This document shows positions 49,310-58,585 of a stretch of DNA of 58,585 nt, piece after piece. The DNA is from Lama guanicoe. Its lineage: Eukaryota. Below the pieces are notes generated by a model, which searched no databases, was not told where the DNA came from, and saw only the letters and a program-made list of their open reading frames with translations. The stretch is from contig MU053594.1 in the NCBI GenBank assembly GCA_013239625.1, positions 1,219,239 through 1,277,823 on the forward strand, read 5' to 3'. Made by a program: the position numbers and the translations under genes. Position 1 is the stretch's first letter. Every line of letters starts with the position of its first letter.

Positions 49310-51260
49310 CCTTCATGATTTGCTTTGTCGGCTGCTTCACTGTCAGCACCCCTCCTCTGTGTATTCGAACATCAGCTTCCAAGGGTCAGGGATCTTGTGG
49401 GCTTCATGCACGACTGAGTCACCACTGTCCAGCGCAGCCCCTGACACACAGCAGGCGCTCCATAAATGCTGAGGTGCACTAACGGACGACTGCATACCCG
49501 AAAGGCCTCCACCTCCTTCATGCACCTGACCTGGTAAGGCCTCTGGCTCCCTAGTACAAGACGGCGGCCCTGGCCTCTTTCCCTGTCTACACCCAAACTG
49601 ACACGTTCATCACCCATTCATCAAAGATTCTGTGAACCCGGAGTACATGCCAGACCCTGTAACAGACACCAGGCGGACAAGGAGCTCTCAGTGCAAGACA
49701 GGGACAGACTTTAAACAGAGGAATGCTATATTCACCCTTGTGTTGGCTCGTGAAGGAAAGGACAGAGGACTAGGAGAGACCCAAAGTGGGATAGTGTCTT
49801 ATTTAGAATGTGGGACCAGCAAAGACCTGGAACACAAGCCTAGCAAAGGGAAAGGGAAGATGTTTTGCAGGCAGAGAGAAGAGCGTGCAAATGCTCAGAG
49901 ACGGGAAGGATGCCCGTGTGATGGGAGCAGAGTGAGAGAAGGTGGGGCGGCAAGGCCTGAGATTGGAGAGGCGGGTGGGGGCCAGAGTGTGCAGACCCCT
50001 GTATTTTTGTCTTTATTCTCAGGGCAGTGAAAAGCCTTGAAGAGTGTAGAGTAAGGTGGTCACATGATTCTGCTTATATTTTTAAAAAGACCTCTTTGAC
50101 TGCTGAGTGGGAAACAGATTAAAGATAAGTAAGAGTGGAGATGCGGAGTCTGGCTGGGGAACTCTTGAAGAGGTGCAGGTGGGAGACAGGACTCTGGTAG
50201 ATTCAGCATAATTTCTGTCCCTCGCTGACGGACACTCCAATGGCAAGATCATTCATTCGTTCATTCATTCATACATTCATTCATTCAGACACTCCTTAGT
50301 GAGAACTTTATATGACAGGTGTTGGGTATACAACCAACAAGACAGACGTAGTCCTTGCCCGCATGGAGCTTACAATCTAGTAAGAGAAACAGACCATTAG
50401 ACCCAAACCTCTAGCCTTCCAGCCACCTGAGAGGGGGGCCTACGGCAGGGGAGGGAGGGAGGTGTGGGAGTGCCGGGAGAGGCACCCGACCCTGACTTGG
50501 GATGTCAGGGATGTCAGGGTAAAGAGACCTAGACCAGGATTTCAAACTCCCAAGTGCAGATGAACTGACCCCGTGTCTGCCTCCTGAAATGAGCCAGTGG
50601 TCTTGGTTTTTAGTCATCTGATGGCCCGCTGACCAACTCCACTAGGCTGGCCACAGACAACGCAGCCTGAAAGTGGCCAAAACTGAAAGCATCATCTGTG
50701 ACTCACAACTGTCCCCACGCCCAAACCTGTCCCCACACTGTACTCCTTGACTCAAAGAATGACACTTCCGTTTACACAGTTGCCCCAGCCGAGCGTCCAG
50801 GCGCCTTACCTTACCTCCCATCGCTCACGGAGTCCTCGTGGTTCAACTTCCCAGGAGATTCTTACCTCTCTCTCTTCTCTTGATCCCCATGGCCATTCAC
50901 CTGCCCCATCATCTCCTGCCTAGTTGCCACGACACCCCCTCACTGTTCTCCCACCTCCAGTCTGCCAAGCACCCCCCATGCATTCGGGGGGCTTTTCAAA
51001 CCTGCACTTCTGCCTGGCTGTCTTCTCCTGGCTTCGTCCTCAAGCTTCGGCTTGGTTGTCACTCCCTTTGGGAAAACACCTCCCCTGTCTTAGGCCCCTC
51101 CAGCCCGTGATGCCCTAAGGCTGAGAACTTCCCATCAATGGCCGCTGCACTGCCTCCCCAGTCAGACTGCCCACCATGACGGCAGGTGGTGTGGCTTTCC
51201 CACTGACCTCTTTATGCACAGCTCCTGCCCCTCCAAACAGAAATTTCTAGCAATGTTATT
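49310..51260. mobile_element. L2 fragments on both strands, including an (ATTC)n tail at 50250-50287
   Basis: gtcacatgattctgcttatatttttaaaaagacctctttgactgctgagtgg; gtccttgcccgcatggagcttacaatctagt; gccaaaactgaaagcatcatc. Confidence 0.7.
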
Positions 51261-51851
51261 GTACAAGGGAGAGGTGAGCCCCTAGCTGGAGAATCTGGGA
51301 GATTGCTCCGATCCTGTGTAGAGGGGCTGCCCACAGCGGGGACCCCTCACCCAGCCAGCCTCGCCCCTTCTGCCTTTCTTCTCCTTTGCTTTCCCTCCTC
51401 CCCGAGCTGGCTGCTGTGGCCACAGATGGTGAGAGGAAACACAATTTATATTTCTTTATTTGGTTGGGAGAGTGCTGTGACAGACGGAAATAAATTCTCT
51501 CTCTCCTCACCCCACCCCCAAACGTCTTCTCCTTTGGTTTTGTGAATCTTTGAAGACGATGATCTGAAAAGAGCTGACAGGCAGGTGTTGGAGGGAGGGA
51601 GGGGAGAGCTGGGGAGAGGGTGTTTGGACTGGGAGGACAGCGCTAATGCGTCTGTGGCTATTGCCAGCATGATGACAATTACGGTAATAGAGGCACTTTG
51701 ATTAGGGAGGAAGAAGAGAGGAGACAGAAGAGAAACCAGCTTCTTATCTGTCAGAGGCGAGAGCAGGGTGTGAGGAGGCTGGGGCGTCTCCCTGCCTCTG
51801 AAGTGCTTTAAGGACCAAAAAAACAAAAAAAACAAAAAACCAGGTCTGTCT

Positions 51852-52002
51852 GGGGGATGGGGGAGGGTACAGCCCAGTGATAGAGTGTGTGATTAGCATG
51901 CACAAGGTCCTGAGTTCAATCCCCACTACCTCCATTAAAAATAAAGAAGTAAATTAATAAACTTAATTACCTCCTCCCCCTCCAAAACAAAACAAAACAA
52001 AA
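51852..52002 (+). mobile_element. tRNA-derived SINE (camelid vic-1-like)
   Basis: gggggagggtacagcccagtgatagagtgtgtgattagcatgcacaaggtcctgagttcaatcccca; (CAAAA)n tail; cca(g/t)gtctgtctgg on both flanks. Confidence 0.9.
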
Positions 52003-52919
52003 CCCATGTCTGTCTGGACCCCGGGAGCAGCAAACTGGGCTGGCCCACGTTTTCTTTGTTGCTCCCCCTGGAACTGATACCTGCAGACAGACCCTTCAGT
52101 AGAAATTTCTAGGGACTCAGCATAGAGGGTGTGCTCTGAGCCCCTGCCCTGGCTGCTCAGGGGTGCCCAGCCGCCTGTTTCTACCCTTAGAGCTCAGGGA
52201 ATGCACGCTGATCCCTGAACTCTGCCCCTTGTTTACCTGAGTCTTCCTCTTGCTCAGATCATATGCAATCTTGATTTTTTTTTCAACTTTCCTTTCAATG
52301 GAGAAAGGGAGAGAGATGCTAGAACTGAGAAAGCGCTGGGAATTAAAAAGGTACCGCTAGACCCAGCAGCTCTGCGGAATACCGTGGGCCTGTGGTAGAA
52401 AACACAGAGGCACATTTGTCTGGGGCAGCAGAGAGGAGGGGGAGAGGAAGAGAGAACAAAAATTTAGGAAAGCACCGAGTCTTACTGAAAATGAAGTCAA
52501 GACTGGAAAATGTCAGCTGTGCCGGCCGCAGATGCGGGAGTGGGGGCAGCGGGGGCTCAAGATGGGATGCGCTGTGCGCGCGCCCCCCCCTCCACCCACC
52601 TTTGGGCGGGTTCTTGCTCCCCTGGGAGCCAGGCAGGCAGGCACCGTCTCTGCTGCCAGACAGGCACTGCTGTGTTGTGTGTTCCCTCCCTTCCTAAATG
52701 ACCAGCTACACCCACTTGCATCCCAACACACACACATACACACACACACCCTCCCGACCCCCAGCAGCTTTTGAGGGGCAGATGTATCAGGCAGCCTACA
52801 TCATATTCATTAACTAACCAAAGGGAAGAAGCTTAAAATCCAGTCCCAGATTTGGTGGTATCTCAGCCCCACAGAGACTTCCAATCTCCACAGTCCTTTT
52901 CTACCCCAGAAAATAAGAG

Positions 52920-53085
52920 CAAAACAGTTTACACTTACTTAGTTCGAGCTAGGGGTAGGCACTGTGATGAGCACTTCGCAAGACTTAGCTTACATAATCC
53001 TCCCAACAGCTCTGTATGGTCATTTCAGTTATTAACTCCATTCCCCCTTTTTTTTTTAGATGAAGAGATCGAGGCTAGAAGTAAA
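52920..53085 (-). mobile_element. MIR
   Basis: taggcactgtgatgagcacttcgca...taatcctcccaacagctctgt...ttttagatgaagagatcgaggct. Confidence 0.7.
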
Positions 53086-53244
53086 ACAAACAAACCAGGC
53101 TACCCTAAAGTTGTATGTGGCTACCAAGGGTCACAGCCTCCAAGAAGTCTTCTCTGATTTCCCATAGCTGACGTAGATGCCACTCCTTTGGGTTCTACCA
53201 GGATCATAGCCCTTTTCACACAGCACTGTGATGAGGGGTTTATA

Positions 53245-53812
53245 TGCTAAACTGAGCAGGACCCGATGCACCCTTCCCAGGACCGACCTCCCCTCCCCAT
53301 CCTTTTCCTCTGCCTGTCTCTTGTCTGTAGAAAATCTTTAGTCAAAGAATAAAATTAATCAGAGAAATGAGCAAATGTAAAAACGAAGGAAAACAGTCAA
53401 ACAAGACGAAATAATAATAGTTTAGTCTTAAAGCAAACTCAAGGAACTTTAGTTCCTCCTCAAAGGCTCTAGATAATATTCTGAGCCATATTCTTTGAGC
53501 TGTTTTGTAGACATTGAAATCCCCACAGGGTGGAAGAAGTTAACAGCATGGTGGCCAGACTGCGGCCATGACATAAACTGCCACAGTTATAAGAACTGGT
53601 CTCAAAAAAATGGAAATAAACCGGCCCTGGAACTGAAGATGAACGGTACTTACAACAATCAGGATGATGCTAATCAGACCACTGCATGACCTATTTCAAG
53701 ATGACCATCAGAGCCAACCGTGCTGCTGTGCACGTAGCCCCCTCTCTCTGCCTAAAAGTCCCTGAAACGCCCCTTTAAAAGCTGTTGCCCCTGATCAGCA
53801 GGGGGGACTTGA
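53245..53812 (+). mobile_element. ERV LTR (ERV1-like), apparently 3'-truncated
   Basis: Starts tgctaaactgagcaggaccc; LTR-like U3 with TATA-like tttaaaag near 53775; no terminal CA or TSD found. Confidence 0.6.
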
Positions 53813-53864
53813 AAGCCACAGACAGTTCTAAAATCATGGTGGCTTGGCTGAGTGTGACAGACAG

Positions 53865-54230
53865 GGTGGGCTGGCTGCTATGGCAGGTAACCCCCCACCC
53901 TTAGGGGGCTTAACATAATCAGGCTGTTTCTCCCTCACCTGGCGATTCATTCATCAGGGCTCGGGGAAGGTGGCGGGAGGGCTCTGCTCCACACACTCAT
54001 GCAGGGGCCCAGGCTCTTCCCTGCTCCGGCAAGTCAGCACAAGATGGGAAGAGGAGGCAAAGGGTCACGCGCGGGAGGTTTTGATGGGCCAGGCCTGAAA
54101 GTGGTGTGTGCATCACTCCTGCCCACTTCCCATTGGCCTGAATTCATCACGTAGTAGCTGCCCTGAACTGCAAGGGAGACCGAGACAAAAGGAGAACTCA
54201 GTGTTGGGAACACAGCCATTCTGCTGTCTC
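53865..54230 (-). mobile_element. MLT1 (MaLR) LTR fragment
   Basis: ggcctgaaagtggtgtgtgcatcactcctgcccacttcccattggcctgaattcatcacgt...aactgcaagggagac. Confidence 0.75.
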
Positions 54231-54294
54231 TGGACAGAAGCCTGGCTCTCCTTCCCTTCCCTGGATGCCCCTCTAGTCCTCTCTTAGGCAGGGT

Positions 54295-54530
54295 AATAAT
54301 GAAGACAATAAATAATGAAACAGGGCTAACATGTTTGAGTGTTTATCACATGCCAAACACTGCACGGAGGTTATTTTATTTAATCCTCACAACCACCTAA
54401 CATGAAGGTACTGGCACTATTTCTGTGTCAGAGGGAAGGACTGTGGCTTGGGTCACACAGCACATGGGTGGTCATGCTTGGATTGGAGCCTGGCTCTGTC
54501 TGGCTCCAGGGGGTGTTCTAGTCTCTCACA
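54295..54530 (-). mobile_element. MIR
   Basis: gctaacatgtttgagtgtttatcacatgccaaacactg...atttaatcctcacaaccacct. Confidence 0.7.
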
Positions 54531-55014
54531 GCTGCTGAGGCGCCAAAGATGGACAGGCTGGGCCAGTTTACCTTCTCACAGACAACAGAGAGGCTGGGGC
54601 ACTGCCCACTACAGCAGACCCCTCACCCCACTGCCTGAGCAGGGCTTGTGAGGCAGAGAACCTCTGAATCACCAGGCAACCTGGACAGCACATACCCTGC
54701 TGAGCACAATTGTTTTTTATGATCTAATTCAGGATGCCACTGGATACTCTCCAGCAGATCCCTCTGCCCCTTTTCCACCAGCTTCCCCTTTCTTGATACC
54801 CCCTTCTCGCAAGCTATCACCTTCCAGGTGGGCAGCAAGGCCCATGCCCTGAGCTCAGGTCGTTCTCCATCATTGGGAGTAAGCCTACTCCATGAGATGG
54901 GGTGGGGCTGCCCCCAGCTGTGGTCTGGCTGCCTCTCTTCCATGTTCCTCTCAGTCCCATGGCCCCAGAGTTTGCCTCTGCCTCTGCTCTGGGTCCCAGC
55001 ACACTCATCGAAAC

Positions 55015-55230
55015 TACAGACACTGGGGTCAAGCAGGCTGGGTTCAAAGCCAGCTCCACCACTTATACGTTAGTTATGGCATCTTGGTCAATAATGCTTT
55101 CTTCATCTCATAAGTGTGGGTAATAACATCAGGACTGTGTCACGGATTAAGTGAAATGATGCAAGTAAAGTTCTTGGCCCAGTACCTAGCACACAGGAGG
55201 CCAAAAAGTGCTCACAGATGTTATTAGTTC
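55015..55230 (+). mobile_element. MIR
   Basis: ctgggttcaaagccagctccaccacttat...ggattaagtgaaatgatgcaagtaaag...agtacctagcaca. Confidence 0.75.
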
Positions 55231-55454
55231 CAGGATAAACATGTGTCAGTGAGTAAATATTCCCAGTAAACTCTTCCCTCAGGACTGAGTAAGACGGTGT
55301 GAGCTTGGCTCAGTTTCTCACCCCTTCTAACTATGAGGCAGGCTCTGCACCAGTCTAGCTCCTACACCTGAGTGATGCTGAATCACTGTGAGGACCCTGA
55401 GGAAGGACAAAGCTAGAGAGGCTGAGTTATCTATGTGATAAATTAAGATGGGGA

Positions 55455-55880
55455 GTGGAGGTTAGTTCAGGTCCTCTGAGAAGCAGACACCAAGATGGGA
55501 TTAAATGTGTGGACTTCATTAAGTAAATGCCTATGGAGAAGAAATAAGGAGGGAACTGGACAAGCCAAGGGAAGGTGTCATCCCAGGGCAGGTCTGGCTC
55601 CAGAGAAGGAGAAAGAAAGAAGGTGGAGGGAAGCACCCTAGTCTGGCCTGCCTTGCAGTCTAAGGAAGGTTCAGACAAGCCATTGAAAGTCCTTGGGCAA
55701 AATTGGCTGACAAAGGGGTGCCTTGTCTTTTAGGAATGAGTCTGCCTTAGCATCCTGGTCACATGCAGTCAGTGGTGGGGGGCAGCTCAGGGAAGCATGG
55801 CTTTGGTGCAGAGGTGTCCATGGATCTCAATGCACGGCAGCCAGGGACCTCGGACAGTGACTGAGGCACAATCAGTACCG
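55455..55880 (-). mobile_element. Old ERVL-class LTR
   Basis: gttagttcaggtcctctgagaagcagacaccaagatgggattaaatgtgt...cagtcagtggtggggggcagc; subfamily uncertain. Confidence 0.6.
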
Positions 55881-56174
55881 GGAGGTTATTCTCTCGGCCA
55901 CCGTGGAAGGAGACAGAGAGAAAGACGGATCAGAGGGCAGAAGCTGAGATGCGACTTGGTGGAGGGAGCTGTGGGCTGAAAGAATGCAGAGCAGTAAAAC
56001 GAACGAGAATGTAAAACTTGTTGGAAATTACAAGCTATCATCTCATTATTATTTCTGCAAAAATACAAGTTATAGACTGGGAATTCTTTTTCTTATTTTT
56101 GGCCACCTGGGCTGTACGCCTCCCAGCGTGACTGAGTCTAGGACCAGTTCCAGTATCCACCAAATCATTTGCTA

Positions 56175-56385
56175 AAATATGGTGCCTACGATGTAACAGA
56201 TGTGGTTCTAAGTGCCTTATAACAAATGAGTCATTTAGTCCTCACAACAAACATTTGATCTGGGTATGATTGTAATGATCCTTTTACAGATGAGGAACTG
56301 GAGGCACAGAGAAGTTGAATAACTTGCCCAAAGTCACAGCCAGGAAGTGGAGGAGCTGGGATTTGTACCCCAGAGTCTATGGCAC
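56175..56385 (-). mobile_element. MIR
   Basis: ttttacagatgaggaactggaggcacagagaagttgaataacttgcccaaagtcacagc. Confidence 0.85.
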
Positions 56386-56859
56386 ATGGCCACCCACCCC
56401 TGGCCATCACCATATCTCTAGTCCCTTCTTCCCATGCCTCACCTCTGCTCAGGGGTCCTGCAGCATGCAGTCATGTCCCTCTCTGATCCCCAACTCTCCC
56501 GCACCCTCCTCTAGCACATAGCACAGGCCAGTCTAGGTGCTCACTATGTATCTGCCAATTCTGGGTTTGGACCATCTTCTGAAGCATTTGTACCCTGTAA
56601 TCCCAAACTCTGCTCAGTTATTTGGGGCTTGCCTAGCTCAACACTGGCTCTTAACTAGGATTGAGCTTCATTTTGGGTTAGGAGGAAAAATGTCTCCATA
56701 GAGGGACATGGCACAATCTTCAGTGTCACCTCAACCAGTATCCCACAGCCTTCTGAAGGTCTAACTGCTTCTTCTCATGCCCCTATCTTTACTTTTTCCA
56801 AGCTCTTAGTGAAGTCTTCAGCCTTCTGCTTCAATGTAAGATTAAATGCTACACATATG

Positions 56860-57291
56860 CCTGCACACCTAGTCACTGCCAGGTGGGGCCCCAGGCACGT
56901 GGGAGGGTCCACACTTGCTAAGACTGTCCTCATGCCCAAGAGACTGCAACATTAAAGAGCAGATAAAAAACACCATGACAGATTGAGAGAAAAGCTGTAT
57001 AGTTTAAAACTTTAAACAGGGAAAAGTTTTGTATTTTAGAAAATTTCAAATTTTATTTTATTTTTTAATTTCTGGGGGGGAGGTAATTATGTTTTTATTT
57101 ATTTACTTTAATGGAGGTACTGGGGATTGAACCCAGGACCTTCTGCATGCTAAGTGCACACTCTACCACTGAGCTATACCATTCCCCCAATATTTTAGAC
57201 TCTTTAACAGTGCTTTTCCCCCTGGTTTTTAACAAGGGGGCCCCACACTTTTATTTTGCAACAGGCCCCACACGTGATGCAGCCAGCCCCG
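56860..57291 (-). mobile_element. MER115-like hAT-Tip100 element interrupted by a SINE
   Basis: aaaaaacaccatgaca...; tttaacagtgcttttcccctggtttttaacaagggggccccacacttttattttgcaacaggccccac...gcagccagccc. Confidence 0.7.
57041..57190 (-). mobile_element. tRNA-derived SINE (camelid vic-1-like)
   Basis: ggaggtactggggattgaacccaggacc...ctctaccactgagctata; TSD tattttaga at 57032-57040 and 57191-57199. Confidence 0.92.
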
Positions 57292-57679
57292 TGTTCACCC
57301 CCCAGGCAGTACGGGACTTCTCACTGAAACTCAGCCCAGGGGCTTTGGGCCGAGAAGGGCCAAAGGACTGGGGCTTCCAGGACTGCAATGAAAGGGGCAC
57401 TTCAGCATTCCATCCTCAGTCTTCAAGTCCCCCGCCCCTCCCTGCCTACCTTGGTGGGCCCTGGCAGCATCTGGCCTCCCCCGTGCTCCCCCAGCCCTTC
57501 CTGAGTTCCTGCCCCGCTTGCCCCTCCACTGACTTTCTGCCTTTGCCCTCCTAATGGGAGGGGCCTGTGGTGCTCTCTGCCTCTCTCTTTCCCTAACTGA
57601 CTGGGTCCCCAGCTTGGCTCTTACCTGCTCCTCTGGTGGAAGGTGACTTCCAAAGGCCATTCCCCAGCCATCCTCTCTC

Positions 57680-58450
57680 AGCAGCTCCTGGTCCCCACTT
57701 ACAAAGCCAGCCAATTAAGCAAATCTTCCTTGGATGCACATGCAAGTCCCTCTGTGCTTCTCAGTACAGACTGTCATCCCCAACTCAACATGTTAAAAAT
57801 GGAAGCTACTCATCTTCCCCCTTCAAGTCACTCTTTCCTCTGACTTTTCTATTTCCAGCCGTGACATTCTCATCCTTACAGTCATCCAGGATCGAAACTC
57901 CCCAATTGTCTTTTCTTCTTCTCTTTCCTTCACCTCCAACTTCCATGAGAGCTCAAATCTTGTCATTCCTCCCTTAAAAATATGTCTTGTGTTTGTTTCT
58001 TCCTGTCAGTTTCCATTTCCAGTGGTGTAGTTCAGACTTTAATCAACTCATATTAGACAAGAGCTTCCAACTGACCTCTGTAGCTTGCATCTCTTCCTCT
58101 GCTAATTATTTGTGTGCAAGGCTCTAGGAATAAGTTTATTAAAAACTGTTCTGTTGGTGGTGTCATTCTGTTACTCAAGATTTTTCAGTGGTTGCCTATC
58201 CATGAGCCTAGTACACTTCTCTCATTTATTAGTCATAAGAACTGGTCATGTCTGATATGGTCATGTCACTTCTCTACTGAAACTTCTATGGCTTTCCATT
58301 GCTCAGAATAAACCCTAACATGACCTGGATACACACAGACTCACTTTGCCTAGGTAATTCCTAATCTCTTTTCTGAGCTCAACCTCCTTGCCATAAAGGG
58401 TTAGAAGTACTTCATACTTCTCTTTTGAAACCCTTACCACTGTTGTGATT
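57680..58450 (+). mobile_element. L2 fragments
   Basis: aactcaacatgttaaaaatggaagc; tgtcattctgttactcaagatttttcagtggttgcct; aaacttctatggctttccattgctcagaataaaccc. Confidence 0.6.
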
Positions 58451-58585
58451 TCACGAGAACACCAGGAGCTAAGTGATTCATCTCATTGAATCCTCACAAC
58501 ACTTGTTTGGTATTATTTTCACTCTGCAGAAACCTGAAATGCCAAACGTCACAGGCATTATAGACAAGAGGCCATCCCATCCTGC

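Overview
Mammalian nuclear DNA from a draft assembly with six N-gaps. Four copies of a short tRNA-derived SINE resemble the camelid vic-1 type, so the source is probably alpaca, vicuna or camel (inference). I recognise no intact protein-coding gene, functional RNA gene or CRISPR array. The ORFs with recognisable homology are decayed retroelement remnants: L1 ORF2 and an ERVL-type pol. The window reads as repeat-rich intergenic or large-intron DNA containing L1, L2, MIR, MaLR/ERVL/ERV1 LTRs and hAT/Tigger MITEs. Between the repeats are several repeat-free blocks dense in developmental TF motifs (candidate enhancers) and three CpG-rich patches. The most unusual structure is at 43.7-49 kb: two diverged local duplications, a palindromic AT-rich minisatellite and gap-flanked duplicate segments. 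There is also an intact solo LTR with a TSD inside a MER5 element and a poly(A)-only retrotransposition scar. I found no convincing novel biological system. Repeat subfamily names come from recalled consensus sequences, and old-repeat boundaries are approximate.
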